NCBI RefSeq assembly: GCF_020745735.1
Contig: NC_083420.1
Location: 36,456,001 to 36,520,000 of the forward strand
Direction of reading: 5' to 3'
DNA: 64,000 nt
From: Hemiscyllium ocellatum
Taxonomy: Eukaryota
The notes beneath the pieces were generated by a model. It made no database searches, was not told the DNA's origin, and worked only from the letters and a program-made list of their open reading frames with translations. Positions 25,401-39,819 of the stretch are shown one piece after another. The translations under genes and the position numbers were made by a program. Each line of letters starts with the position of its first letter. The first letter of the stretch is position 1.

Positions 25401-25974
25401 TAAAAATCCTTCATCATTCGATGAAATCTGATTTCAGATAGAAATACAATGCTACAACTCCCAAATCAATTTGTGGAGTTTAGAGTTTTAGCCTTCGGGG
25501 AAAGTGCACTTGGGTTCCTCTGTATTCTTAATTGTCAGGGTCAAATCTTCAAACTGGGTAAGAAGATTTAAAATCAATGCATTTATGAAAAACTTCAGGA
25601 CGTTCTGTAGTAACAAAAGTAGGAGCAGAATTGGCATACGACCCCTCAAGCCCCTCTGTTAAAACCGTGACGGAACCTCTACATAGACTAAACTTTCCTT
25701 GCTGATTCCCCAGATTTGTTGAATTGCTTAATTTTAAAAAAGCCATTCATCTGTATCTGGAAAGTACTGGGAGTATTTTCAGGACTCTGGGGTAGGTAAT
25801 TTGAAATTTCACAATCCTCTGACAATTTCACAAACTTTCTCATCTTTTAATCTGAAATTAAGTTTTCTGCCCTATTACCCCACATGTTCCATAACCCTCT
25901 TTGAAGTGAAGTCTACAATGTGAGGAAAGTGGGAACAAAATTATGTGTATAAGCTTTCAGAGTGCTGTTTCTTC

Positions 25975-26965
25975 AACAAGTAGCAAGTTGGGCAGGATCA
26001 TAGGACACAGAATTTTTAGTTAAAAAATCAAATTATCATACAGTAGATGTAAATAATTGAACAAAGCTAGATGGCTGTTAAGTCTTTAATCACTTAGAAT
26101 GGGGATGCAGATTTTGCGTGATTAATTTGTAAATCCCAGAACTACTTTCAAGTCACAGTCCAGAGATTACTTAAGGATTTATAACAAAAAAGTGACATCT
26201 CAGCTCAGACAGTACATTAAAGGTGTGAGGTTAAGGTTAAACACACAATCAGTCTATGTGACATTTTATAAGTTCCTACTTTGAAAATAGGCCCAGTTTG
26301 ACTTAAGGTTGGGGTTCAAACAGACTTGAACCTCACACCTTTAATGCATTGTTTGAGCTGTCACTTTTTTAATAAAACCTTAAGTTATCTCAGGGCTGTA
26401 ACTTGAAAGCAGTTCTAGGATTTACATATTAATGAATCGAAACCTACATTCCCATTCTAAGTGAGTAAAGACTAAATAGCAATTTAGATTTGTTCAATAC
26501 TTTGTGTCAGTTTTATGGCACTTTGATCTTTTACTATAAGTTCTGTGTCCAATGGTCCTGTCCCACTAGCTACCTGATGAAGGAGCAATGCTCTGAAAAC
26601 TTGTATTTCCACGTATGGAGTCAGATATTACGAGGGGGCATAGCTTTAAATTAAGGGGTGGTAGATATAGGACAGATGTTAGGGGTAGATTCTTTACTCA
26701 GCGAGTCGTGAATTCATGGAATGCCCTGCCAGTAACAGTGGTGGACCCTCCCTCTCTATGGGCATTTAAACGGGCATTGGATAGGCATATGGAGGAAAGT
26801 GGGCTAGTGTAGGTTAGGTGAGCTTGGATCGGCGCAACATCGAGGGCCGAAGGGCCTGTACTGCGCTGTATTGTTCTATGTTCTACTTCCAAATAAACTT
26901 GTTGGACTATAACCTGGTGTTGTGTGATTTTGTGTGTACACCCCAGTCCAACACCGGCACTTCAG
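25975..26965. mobile_element. Inverted pair of Penelope pLTR fragments in NDUFAB1 intron 1
   Basis: ~25980-26232 is the reverse complement of ~26328-26572. The + copy has a hammerhead core at 26574 and the pLTR end at 26886-26965. Confidence 0.8.
26612..26883 (+). mobile_element. Young CR1 (HER1-like) 3' end inserted in the pLTR
   Basis: TRGHSFKLRGGRYRTDVRGRFFTQRVVNSWNALP; CpGs retained; tail TATTGTTCTATGTTCTA; TSD TATTTCCA/TACTTCCA. Confidence 0.88.
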
Positions 26966-27249
26966 TGTCAAATTATGTGGAGTAATTTTCCATTATGCAT
27001 ATTAATTTTCCACAAACAACTCTGCTAATGATTGGATAATTTGATTGAGTAGTATTGATTGAGGAGTCATTTCTGATCCAGTTTCATGCAGTGTGCGGCA
27101 TTGGCGAAAATTGTCAACTTTCAGGTGTTAAGCTGAGGTTCTGTCTTCCCATAGTGGATATAAACAAAACTCCTGGGTCACTCTTTAGGCTGTTCTTCTG
27201 GAATCCTGGTATTATTACTCTGACATATGGAGGTTTTAAATTGAATGGA

Positions 27250-28900
27250 TGTTGATGTTGGAAATCAGAAACAAAAAACAGAAATTGCTGGAAAAGCTCA
27301 ACAGTTCTGGCAGCATCTGTGGAGAGAAATTGGAAATAACATTTCCAGTGACTCTTCCTCAGAGTTGATGGTAGTTGGCAAAACTTGTTTTTATGTAGAA
27401 GGTAGGGGATAGAGCCGAAAGAGAGAGCAAAAACAGTTGGACTGTCAAAGAAGTGGATAATGGTGCAGCCTAGGAGAATGAATGGTGACTATTAGTGACT
27501 AACAATGGGTTGTATGTAATAGCAGACCATGTGATAACAAGGATGTTATGAGGGTTGTAGTAAGGACATGGGGAAAGGTGCCTCAAGCCCTTAAATTGTT
27601 CAATTCAATATTGATTCCAGAAGGCTGTAGAGTTCTCAAACGAAAAATTCGGTACTGTTCTTCCAGCTTGTGCTGAGCTTCATTGGAGTGCTGCAGCAAG
27701 CCTGAGACAGAGATGGTGGCCAGAGAACAAGTGGGAGGCAACTAGAAGCTCATGGTCTTTTTTGTAGACAGAACATTGTTGTTATGCAAAGCAGTCACCC
27801 AGTCTACACTTTGATTCCCCAGTGTAGAGAAGACCACACTGTGAGCAGCGAATGCAGTAGATTAGATTGAGTGAAGTACAGGTAAAATGCTGCTTCACCT
27901 GGAAGATGTGTTTGGGTCCCTGCATAATGAGGAGAGAGGAAGTAAACAGGCAGGTGTTACTCCTTATGTGGTTGCATTGGAAAGTGCCATGGGGCTTTGG
28001 GGAAACGTATGTGGAGTGAAGGAGGAGTGAACCGGCGTGTTCTGGAGAGAATGCTGACAAGGGAAGGGAGGGGAATATGTGTCTAATGATAGTTTCCCAT
28101 TGGAGGTGAAGGAAATGGCGGCTAATGTTCTGATGGATGTAGATGCCGGTTCTGTCTGGAACATCTCTTGGGCTTGCCCATACTCCAGCAAAGCTCAGTG
28201 GAAGGTGGAAAAATGACACCTGATTTTCTGCTTGGGAACCCTGCAGCCTTCTGGACTCAATATCATGTTATGTAGTTTTACGCTTGAGCACATTCTCCCA
28301 TCTCCTTACCCCAACCCTGTCAAACTAGACCGTGTCATCACTTGGACTGCTACCACAAACAATCCATTGTCAGCCACTAATAGTTCCCATTAGCGGCTAT
28401 TGATTCTCTCAGGCTGACCTTTACTCATTCCTTTGTCTTGAGTCGAAAGGTGTAACACTGGAAAAGACACAGCAGGTCAGGCAGCATCCGAGGAACAGGA
28501 GAACATAAGCCCTTCATCAGGAATGTGGAGGAGGGAAGGGGGCTGACAGATACATAGAGATGTGGGGTGGAAGGTAGGTGGGATGCTAATAGGTGGGTGC
28601 AGGTGGGAAGTGATTGTGATCGGTCAGTGGGGAGGGTGGAGCAGTTGATGGGGAGGAAGATGAGCAATCTGCTTAACTGGTTTTCCCTGTATTTGGGCTT
28701 GATCTCGACCTATCGTTTACTCTTCCTCCTCCAACCCCAGTCCCCCCACCAGCATATAGGCCAAGCTTCTCCCAAATGCATTCAATTCCAAAGAAAGGTC
28801 ACTGAACCTGAAATATTCAGTCTGCTTTCTCTCCTTAGAAGCTACCAGGTTTGCTAAATTTTTCCTGCAATTTCAGATTTCCAGCTTCTGCAGTTATTTG
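27250..28900 (-). mobile_element. Second Penelope-like family remnant (GIY-YIG) with inverted ends and a nested short element (~28440-28665)
   Basis: Minus ORF: FTCTSLNLIYCIRCSQCGLLYTGESKCRLGDCFA (GIY-YIG). Termini 27250-27365 and 28785-28900 are inverted relatives. Confidence 0.8.
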
Positions 28901-29809
28901 GGTTATTTTTGTTATCCCTCATCAATTGCTTAAGCTGTGGCTCTCGCCCAATAAATCGGTAACATTATAAATGTCCATTTGCCATGTTCCTCCTGCAAAA
29001 AGGGGAGTTACATGGAGGAGAAAGCTGGAGGAGCAGCAGTCCTGGTAATTCATGTTAGCGGTGCCAGCAAGGTAGACAGCATCCGGGCTCCTGGGCTCAT
29101 CCACTCCAGATCAGCTGTTTCCTCCCTTCTGTCCTTCCCCTTTTTGGCATACTTCTTTATCTTCTTCGTCCTGTCAGCAGTGGAGAAGGTGATATTATGG
29201 AGGAGGGTGGCTGGAGGAGCACTCTTGGTGAGGTGGCAGCCTGTCCTAGCAGTGGAGCCATGTTAGTGGTATTCCCAGAGTAGTGGACTCCAGCTGTTGT
29301 CAAGGTGATGACAGCTACAGACCCAGGGACTCCTGGTTGCTGGGTAAGTGTGGGTCCAGCATGAGATCCAGGCATTGGTGGCCTGTTGGCGATGAGGGCT
29401 CAGCGACTAAGAGATGGTGCCTTGAGTGGCAATGCTGCCATTGATGGGTCCAATGAAGGCAGCGGAGGGGTGGCAGCTCAGGTGTCGTATGTCAGCTAGC
29501 TCAGGACTCACGCCACAGGTAGCAAAGCGGAGATAGACTCTGCTATATCTTTTTATTCTTAAACTACTCAAAATAATGCCAGATTGTGGTGACAGTTGAA
29601 GTTTAGCATTGTATTTTACTGTGTTCATTGTAGGCTACAAGTGACAGTAAATCATCATTCTTTCATTCATTTCTGAAGGATTATCTCAGCAAATCCTGTG
29701 GTCAGGGCCCACTAAATTGTTTTCTCACTTTTCCTCTGCCCATAACAGCCTTTTTTTTGATCTGTAAATTATGTTGGTGAAGTTGTATAAGGAAGTTAGA
29801 GTTTGAACT

Positions 29810-30390
29810 AGTAGATGTTATTAAGTCGTACAGCACAGAAACAAACCCTACAGACCATGCCGACTGTAATCACAAACTATTCCCACCTGCCTGTGCATAT
29901 CCCTTATCCCTCCAAATCTTTCTTCTTCTTGTACTTATCTAGTACCTTTTAAATGGTATAAGTGTACTCGTGTCTGACACTTCCTCTGGAAGTTCATCCC
30001 AGAAACGAACCATCCTCTGTGGAAAAAGTTGCCTCTTATGTCTTTTTCAAATTTTTCTCCTCTCTCCTTAAATATATGCCCCCTAGTCTTTAAATCCACC
30101 CACCAAAGGGAAAGACACATGTCATTCATCTTACCTATATCTCATGATTTTAAAAAACCTCTAAGGTCACTTCTACGGGCCTCTATACTCCAGTGAAAAA
30201 AGTCCAGGCCTGTGCAGCCTCTTCCCAATAACTCAAACCTTCTGTTCTTGGCAACATCCTGGTAAATATTTTCTGAACACTCCAACTTGATAATATCCCT
30301 CCTGCAGCAGCGTGACCAGAACGAGACATACTACTCCAGAAAACGCCTCAACATGACTTCCCAATTCCTATATTCTAAAGGTCTGAGCAG
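29810..30390 (-). mobile_element. CR1 3' fragment
   Basis: Minus strand KTRGHIFKERGEKFEKDIRGNFF; same family as 45285-45800 and 62870-63395. Confidence 0.85.
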
Positions 30391-30624
30391 TAAAGTTAGT
30401 TCATAATTGCTTATCTTTAGTTGGAATCTATTTGTAATAAAATAGTGATTCTTAAATTCAGAAACCTGATCTATGTTTACTATCAAGTACTTTGGGGAAT
30501 TTTGTGTGTTTCTATTAAATCTTTAACTTTTATGACAACTCTAACAAGACTTGATTGAGCTACCCCAACGAGGCATAACACTACTGTATGTCAAAGCAAT
30601 GGTGTTTTTGTTTGCCAGCATTAA

Positions 30625-30825
<201 letters not shown>

Positions 30826-31881
30826 TGACCTTTTATTGAATTTCTGAAATAAAAATGAGATCACTCTGAGAAAATGTGACCTCTTTGAAATGAAGTTGCC
30901 AACACTTTCTTCGTTTACATTTTTTTAAAAAATGAGCAGCAAGGTGCTGAAAAAGTAAAACAGGTAAGGTGATGAGATGCAGACTCGGTTGCAGAGACTG
31001 GAGCAGAAGCGAGCAGCAGGACCATGAAAAATTAGCATGTAGCCCTGAACTATCAGGCCAGTGTCAACAGCCACCTTCAGATGTTTCATTGTATACAGTT
31101 TGTGCAAACATGATACGTTTCAAATTTGGCTATAGGTGTAATGTTTCTTATCTCTGCAAAAAGGAGTAACATATCAATACTGTGTGAATATTCTTGCAGT
31201 TTGGTATTTGTATTTTGCCTCCAGAGTAAACGGAGGTAATTTCCGCTAAGCTTTTATTACTGCTCTGACCCATTGTTTTACTAACATTAAAACACAACAA
31301 ATATAAATATGTAAAACCTTCCTGGTGTACCATCATGTCAGTTTGACGGTCCTTTTAGCCAATCTCAGATTCTTTGTGAATATTCTAATAAATCCTCAGG
31401 TTTCCTTGAAGACCAAGAATGCAGGAAGTTCTGGATAACATTCAGGCATGAACTGAGGGCTGGAAAATAATATTCTCACTTCACAAGAGCAGGCAGCGAT
31501 CACTTTAAACTAGAAAGAATCTAACCGTGTCCCATTGACATTCATCCAGGCAAGTGGGAAATATTCTATCAAAGGCCTGACTTTGGACTTTGGAGGGGTT
31601 GTAGGATAGTTATGAGGTGAGTTAGTTGCTGTTAAATAATGAGCTTCCTTCCAGCTCTTTTGAAGCCAAAATGTTTATGTGGCTGATCCATTGAGTTTCT
31701 GCTGCACACAGCCCTTAGAATGAGTTACAGGCTTTACAAATTGCTGAGCTATTTCAGAAGGTTCACACAGCTGTTGATGTGTGTACTGTCTCGTCAGGCA
31801 GTGAGTAAGAATGAACTTTATCAGCACCATCTACCAGGTAGCAAAGGGACAGTTGTAACATATGTGGTCCCTGTCTTTTGA

Positions 31882-32199
<318 letters not shown>

Positions 32200-32918
32200 T
32201 AATCCAACCACCTCAGAATCTTTGTTTATTAACTGTTCTTTTGATTCACTGAATCTTCTGTCTCCTTTGACTGAAGATGCTTGATTTGTAAGCAGGTGTC
32301 TATTTCACAGTCATTAATGTCCTCTTGCAAATAAAGTAGCTAATTGTTCATTGTGAGCCCTGACACATTCAGCCTAATCAATCTTATGGGCTTCAGACTG
32401 TCTGGTCTTATATGAGAACTCTACCAAAGATTGCATCGCATTTAGCTCCATTTTCAGATCCTTGTTTGATGAAATAGTTTTAGCCTACATGCAATAACAT
32501 CTGGTTAACATTCAGACTCAACTTGCAGGTGCTAAGTAACATTTGTGCCGCATAAATACCAGCCAGTCAATGACTATCTCCAGCAAGAGGATACTGAACC
32601 ACTTCCCCTTAACAAGAACAACATTGTTAGTGATTCTACCAGCAGATACATCTCTGGAGAGGAAGGGGTGGTTGCGTTGTGTTGCATCTATTAGGCATAT
32701 TATTGTAACCCTCCAAAGCTTATTTGACATTAACTCTCAAACCTGTAACAATGACTGTCTAGAACAACACTGGGTAGTAGTTCTTGAGAGTTGCATCACT
32801 GCAGGATAGTTGTGAGATCTCGATTAGAGGTGATTCAATCTGGTGATAAATTATTCTGTATGAGAGGGTTGTTGAAGGGCTTGCTATATGCCCAATATGG
32901 CAATGTGAAGAGTGTTAA

Positions 32919-33074
<156 letters not shown>

Positions 33075-33808
33075 TTTTTTTTCCTGGAGACAAAAAGAGG
33101 GTAAGAATTTGTTAGATGAGTTCTTAAAAGGGGAAGCAAAGTGTGCATTTTCTAACTTGTCCTTTGTCACAAGTACATGCTCTTTGACAGGTGAAGGAGG
33201 ATTGACTGGGACTGTTCTCCCACCGATAAAGCTCATGCACCAAATCGTATTGTTGAGTCATGTGTCTGAGGAATATTGTTTGCATTAATATTTGAGTGGT
33301 GGAGGAATTGGTGCTTTGAAACTGTCTTGGGGCTTCAGTTAGTCCTCAGAATAGAGGTTGGAACATATGCATCCTAACCACGAAAAAGGACCTTGATCTC
33401 TGAATCATTCAGCACACCGGCACCACAATTGGCCCTTTAGTTATGGTCGACAGGTGTTGGGATGGCAGTAATAAATCACCTACACACTTCACTCAGTTCT
33501 TCACTGATGATGAAATAAAAAGTTTCCCTTATCTCCCTCAGCAAGGAGACCAGTACATCTTGAGAGAGTTGACTGGATCCCATTGCCTTCTCCAAACCAG
33601 AACCCCCAAACCTGTGCAGTCGAAAGGACTGTCCCCTCTTTAGAGATCCAGCTAAATTCAGCATAACCTAAAGTTCAAACCTGGCATTGAAAGAAGGCTA
33701 CTTTACCCTATTAAATACTGACTTCATAGTTGTCAGTGATTTCCAGAAATGTTTTTGAAGTGTTTTTAAAAAAAAAATAAATTCTAAAACCTGTTTTTGG
33801 CTTTGCAG

Positions 33809-33980
33809 GTACTTGCTGCTGGGAGCTTACTCAATGTGTGAGGGATCACAAGCACTTCTTGGTGCATAAGTGCTGGTCTATGGTTTTTGTTGTCTGATTA
33901 TGTTTGTTCTGCCAGTGATATTTCAAGTTCTTGAACACTTGATTTCAGGAATTAATAAATTACTCTTGAACCTGGATCTG
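33809..33980 (+). other. NDUFAB1: Probable non-coding last exon (3' UTR) of NDUFAB1 with AATAAA at 33954
   Basis: Acceptor ctgtttttggctttgcAG|G, then AATAAA ~145 nt downstream; pairs with the donor at 33101. Confidence 0.65.
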
Positions 33981-35134
33981 TGTACGCGCTGTTTATTCAC
34001 CCACCAACTTTGATACTCTACCTCTACATGAATTCTAGATTGATGAGCATCAGTGGATGGATATTCTTGTTCCTTGTTATGAACTGGAGGCCACTCAGCA
34101 CATTTGAATCCATTCCACCTTTCAATGACAGTGTGACTCATCCCTGTCCTAACTCCATTTACCAGCTTTGGCTGGTGAAAGTCTGATCTTGGATTTTAAA
34201 AGTTGTTAATTCAGCTAGCATTCATGTTTATTAATTGAGGTGTGATCTGCCATCTTTTGCTGGAGACGGTTCCACATTTTAATCACTGAATGTAAAAGTG
34301 TTTCTGAACTTCTTTCCTAAATAGTTTGGCTCTTGTCACCCACTAAAAGGTGGATTTTTCTGTTTAGCTGCTTAATCATTTCCTTTCAAAGTTATGTAAA
34401 AATATTCTAACCAATCACCCTCCACCTTCCACATTCCAGGGAAAAGAAGTTGCTTCTGTTGCTTTGAACTGGGAAAAGTTGCACTGGTAGCAGGTAACAT
34501 CCTGATCATCCATGATTTAAATGAATGGCAGAACAGGCTTGAGGAACTGAATTGACTTGGTTTTTCCTGTTCTTTAGATGTCGCTGGTCTCTATCAAAAC
34601 AGCTGGTAGAGGCAAGTTGAAACTCTAGCTTAATTTCAGTCTGTTTGATATTTTTCTTAGACAAATGATTTTAAATTTGATTTCACTGCTGTACTGTTAT
34701 GTTCTTGGTATGAGATGAATATTAATTATTGGGCTATTTACATTCATTTTGCCAATTAGGTAATCGAGCTGTGCAACACGTTGTATTTATGTAGCACCTT
34801 TTAATGTAGTTTAAATAGTCCCAAAGTGCTTCACATAAACATTGATCAAACAAAAATTGGCACTGAGTCATAGAAGGAGGCATTGCTATAGATCTAATTA
34901 AAGTAGAATCAAATAGGATGAGTAATACCGGCATTCAACCCAACTAGTCCATGTCAGTATTTGTGCTCTGCTCAAGTTTCCATTCATGTTTTTATCTCCT
35001 CTAAATGGATCATCATAATCCTCTATTCCCTTCTCTATCATATGCTTATTTTATTTCCCCTTAAATGCATAAATGTGATTGCTTTAACCATTCTCCAAGG
35101 TAATAAATTCCATATTCTTACAGCTTTAGGTAAT

Positions 35135-35532
35135 CCATGAATCCATGTAAGATTCTGTAAATCTGTTTTTTGAATTAGAATCAGTCTGACAGTCTCGCAA
35201 AGGGCACCTCACACTTTCAATGCATTATCTGGGCCAACGTGACACCAATTGTTAAAATTCACTTGAGAATGTAACCTTTTTTAAAAAAGTTGTGTGATTT
35301 ACATAAGAAAGAATTGAAACCTACGTGTTCATTTTGAAAGATGAGAGACTTAACAAACAATCCAGGTCTTTTTCAATATATAATTTCAGTTACATCACAC
35401 TGTAAACTTTTGTTATAAATTCTGTGTCTTATGATCTTCTACTCCGCACCACCTGAAGAAAGAGCAGCATTCCGAAAGCTAGTGCTTCCAGATAAACCTG
35501 TTGGACTATAACCTTGTGGTGTGTGATTTTTA
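35135..35532 (+). mobile_element. Penelope pLTR fragment with hammerhead motif (CUGAAGA at 35453)
   Basis: Same sequence as 39375-40082; ends GAAAGCTAGTGCTTCCAGATAAACCTGTTGGACTATAACC. Confidence 0.85.
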
Positions 35533-37440
35533 GCTCTAGGTAAAGTCCCTTCTGAATACCTTGTTGGATTTCTTGGTGACAGCCTTATACTGATGGTTTC
35601 TGGTCATGCCCTTCCCATTTCTACATAATCTCAGCCAATCTATCATTGTTTTAAAGACCCATATTAAATTTGCATTTGGCCTTTTCTCAAGACAGAGACC
35701 AGGCTGCCAATTCTTTCCTGATGTACAATCCCCATGTTTTTGGTATAACTCTTGTAAATCTCTGCAAACTCCTCGAGCCTCTTAATTCTGTTGTGTTTTA
35801 TTTTGTACCTTTTCTAATTCCTCTTCTTTTGTGTGACATGGAGATCAGAACTAGGTTCTGTTCCAAGTTTGGCTCTGGGACATTAAAGCTCTGGTGTCCC
35901 CAGTCCAGCCTCCCTTAACTGTAATTTGGAGGTGCTGGTGTTGGACTAGGGTGTACAACGTTAAAAATCACACAACACCAGGTTATTGTCCAACAGGTTT
36001 TACAGTATTAGGAAGCACTAGCTTTCGGAGCGATGCTCCTTCATTTAGGTGGTTGTGAAGTATAAGATCGTAAGACAGAATTTATAGCAAAAGTTTACAG
36101 TGTGATGTAACTGAAATGATATATTGAAAAAGACCTGGATTGTTTGTTAAGTCTCTCATCTTTTTAGAATGAACGTGTTGGTTTCAGTTTTTTCATATGT
36201 AAGTCCCAGAACATTTTTTAAAGTTACATTCTCAAGTGAACTTTAACAATTGGTGTCATGTTGGCCAAGATAATGCATTTACGATGTGAGCTGCCCTGTG
36301 TTAGACTGTCTGTGCCCCTATGTTCAGACTGATTCTGATCTAAAAAATGGATTTACAGAATCTTGCATGGATTCCTGCAGTTCTTTGAGCAAAGTAAAAT
36401 GTAATTCTGCAAGTACAAATACAGCCCACAAACTTGTGTATGTGTGCGTGGGGAGGGGAGGTGGGGTGGGGTTGAGTGTCTGTGAGTGTGTAAAGGGGTA
36501 CAAGTCTTTGAGAGAGTGTATGTGTGAGCATGTGAGGGAGGGTCTACGTGAGTAAGCGAGGACTGCAGATGCTGGAGATCAGAGCTGCTGCACTTTTCCA
36601 GCACATTTTCAGGGTCTACGTGAGTGAATGGGTCTGTAGGAGAGTGTGTGTGTGTGTGTGTGTGTATAGTGCCATGGGGTCACCTGTAGTGACATGAACC
36701 CAAGGTCCCGGTTGAGGCCATCCCTATTGGTACCAAACTTAGCTATCAGCCTCTACTCGGCCACTTTTCGTTGTTGCCTGTCCTGAAGTCTGCTTTAGAG
36801 GACAGTCACCCGTAGGTTCAAGGTCGAATGTCCTGGACAGCTGAAGTGTTCTCCGACTGGGAGGGAACACTCCTGTCTGTTGATGTTGTGTGGTGTCCAT
36901 TCATCCGTTGGCGTAGCCTCTGCTCGGTCTTTCCAATATACCATGCCTCGGCATCCTCGCCTGCAGCGTATGAGACAACATTGGCTGAGTTGCGCGAGTA
37001 CCTGTCATGTGCATGGTGGGAGATGTCTGTACGCATAATGGTGGTATGCATGTTGATACTGACATCTTGCAGCATCCACCGTGACAAGGTTGTATGGTGT
37101 TCGCCTGAAAGCTGGGCAGTTTGCTACAAGCAATGATCTGTTTGAGGTTTGCTGGTTGGTTAAAGGTGAGAAGTGGTGTAGGGAAGGTCTTGGCAAAGTG
37201 CTCATCCTCATTGATAATGTGTTGCAGGCTGCAAAGAATGTGGCATAGTTTTTTGGCTCCTGAGAACTACTGGACAATGAAGGGTACCCTGTCACTTGCA
37301 GCTTGTCTGTCTCCTGAGGGGGTCATTATGGTTTCTCGCTGTGGCACGTTGAAACTGGTGGTTGATGAGCATCGTACCCCATCTTGATGAGGACATCCTT
37401 GAGAACTTCCAGATGTCCGTCATGTTCCTCCTCATCTGAA

Positions 37441-38463
37441 GTGAATTGAATTTATTGTTGTGTACTGAGGCATAGTGCAAAGCATTGTCTTGTGAGCAAT
37501 ACAGGCAGATCAGATAGTTAAGTAGCATGGATGAGTAAATAATTGGTAACCAGCAGCAAAAACACAGGTACAGGTGAATGTTAAGAGTTTGAGTCCATTC
37601 GGTATTCTAACAACAGTAGGGTAGAAACGGCTATGAAACCAGCTGGTGTGTGTTCAGGTTTCTGCATCTTCTCCCTGATGTTAGAGGTTGTAGAAAACAT
37701 TCCCCGGGTGGGATAGATCTTTGAGAATGCTGGCGGCCTTTCCTTTACAGCGGGTCTGGTAGATGGATTCTATAGATGGGAGGTTGGCCTTTGTGATTGT
37801 CCGGGCTGAGTTCACCACTTTTTGTAACTGTCTTTAATCTTGAATGTTGCCATACCAGGTAGTGATGCGTCCAAACAGAATGCTCTTGTTGGCACACCTA
37901 TAAAAGTTGGCTGGGGTATTCGCCATCATGCCAAACTTCCTCAGTTGCTTGAGGAAGAAGAGACGTTGTTGGGCCTTTGTAACCAGCATGTCCACATGAA
38001 GAGTCCAAGAAAGCTAGTTATTGATGACCACTCCCAGGAGCTTGACACACTCCATTCATTCCATCTCTGTGCTGTTAATGTATGGGGGGGGGCATGAGTA
38101 ACATCCCGCTGAAAGTCAATAATGAGTTCCTTGGTTTTGGTGGCATTGAGAGCTAGGTTGTTCTCAGTGCACCATTTTTTCAGGTCTTCCATCTCCCATC
38201 TGTAGTCTGTTTCATTGCCATCTGAGATTCGACTGACTATGGTGGTGTCATCAGTGAACTTGTAAATGGCATTAGTCTGGTATTTGGCGATGCAGTCATG
38301 GATATGCAGTGAGTGCAGTAGGGGCTGAATACAGACCCCTGGGGGGCTCCAGTGTTGAAGAGGATGAAATGTTGTCCCCAATCTTCACTGATTGTGGCCT
38401 GTGGATCAGAAAACTAAGGATCCAGTTGCAGAGAGTGCGGCTTAGTCCAAGATCACTAAGTTT
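37441..38463 (-). mobile_element. Rex1/Babar-type LINE 3' part nested in the Penelope element
   Basis: HDCIAKYQTNAIYKFTDDTTIVSRISDGNETDYR..WCTENNLALNATKTKELIIDF; tail AATAAATTCAATTC; host sequence rejoins as CATCTGAA|CAGATCC. Confidence 0.88.
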
Positions 38464-39514
38464 AGAACAGATCCTGTGTATGCATAGGGGATGGCTGTTT
38501 GAATAATATGGTTCAGGTAGAAGCTGGAGAAGTGTAGCATCATGGGGTTATCCATGGGATTGTGGTAGAGTGAGGTGCTGAGGTGCCTATTCTTGATGGA
38601 GATGCATGTATCCGAGAATGAGAGAGATCTAGAATGTAATCAATGGTGAGTTTGATGTTGAGATGAAACTCTTTGATATCACTGTAGTTGTTTTAATGAC
38701 TCCTCGTCCATGGATCCAGAGGAAGAAAATGTCGTCAGTGTACCTGGTGTCTCGTTTTGGTCGGAGGTCCTGAATAGAGAAGAAGTCTTGTTTGAACCTG
38801 TGCATGAAAATGTTGGCATAGTGGGGTGCAAATTTGGTCCCCATGGCTGTTCCGTGTGTCTGGATGAAGAATTGGTTGTCAAAGGTGAAAATGTTGTGGT
38901 CGAGGATAAAGCAAATGATTTGCAGGACGGTGTTCAGAGATTGGCGGTTGTTAGTGTTGAGTACTGAGGTTGTTGATGCAATGCTGTCATGTGGGGTTAC
39001 TGGCGTATGCGGGACGGGCAACAACGCAAAATGGCCAAGTAGAGGCTGATAGCCAAGTTTGGTACCCATGGGAATGGCCTCAATTGGGACCTTGGGTTCA
39101 TGTTACACTACAGGTGACCTCATTGCACTATACACACGCACACGCACACACTCACACTCCTACAAACACGCACACTCGCCTACTGATCCATACATTCATG
39201 CAGTCTCTCATGTGCACCATTCACAGATTTATACCCTTTTACACACACACAAATATACACTCTCTCACAGACACTCCTAAATCCTCCCCCACCCCCCCCC
39301 CCCCACACACACACACAAGTTTGTGAGGTGAATTTGTACTTGCAGAATTACATTTTACTTTGTTCAAAAACTGCATGAACCCATGTAAGATTCTGTAAAT
39401 CCATTTTTTAGATTAAAATCAGGCTGACCATTATGGCACAGACAGTCTCATACAGGACACCTCACACCTTAAATGCATTATCTGGGCCGCCATAACACCA
39501 ATTATTAAAGTTTT

Positions 39515-39819
39515 GGGTGGCACAGTGGGTCAGTGGTTAGCACTGCTGCCTCACAGCACTACGGTCCCGGTTCGATTCCAGCATCTGGCGACTGTCTGCG
39601 TGGAGTTTGCACGTTCTCCCCGTGTCTGTGTGGGTTTCCTCCCACAGTCACAAAGATGTGCAGGGAAGGTGAATTGGCCATGCTAAATTGCCCATAGTGT
39701 TAGGTGTATTAGTAGGGAGTTGGGGAAGAGGTCTACGTGGGTTACTCTTCGGAGGGTCGGTGTGGACTTGTTGGTCCGAAGAGTCTGTTTCTGCACTCTT
39801 AGGGAATCTAATCTAATCT
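39515..39819 (+). mobile_element. HE1-like V-SINE nested in the pLTR
   Basis: A/B boxes (TGGGTCAGTGG, GGTTCGATTCC), V-core, (AATCT)n tail; interrupts AAAGTT|ACTTGAGAATG of the pLTR. Confidence 0.92.
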
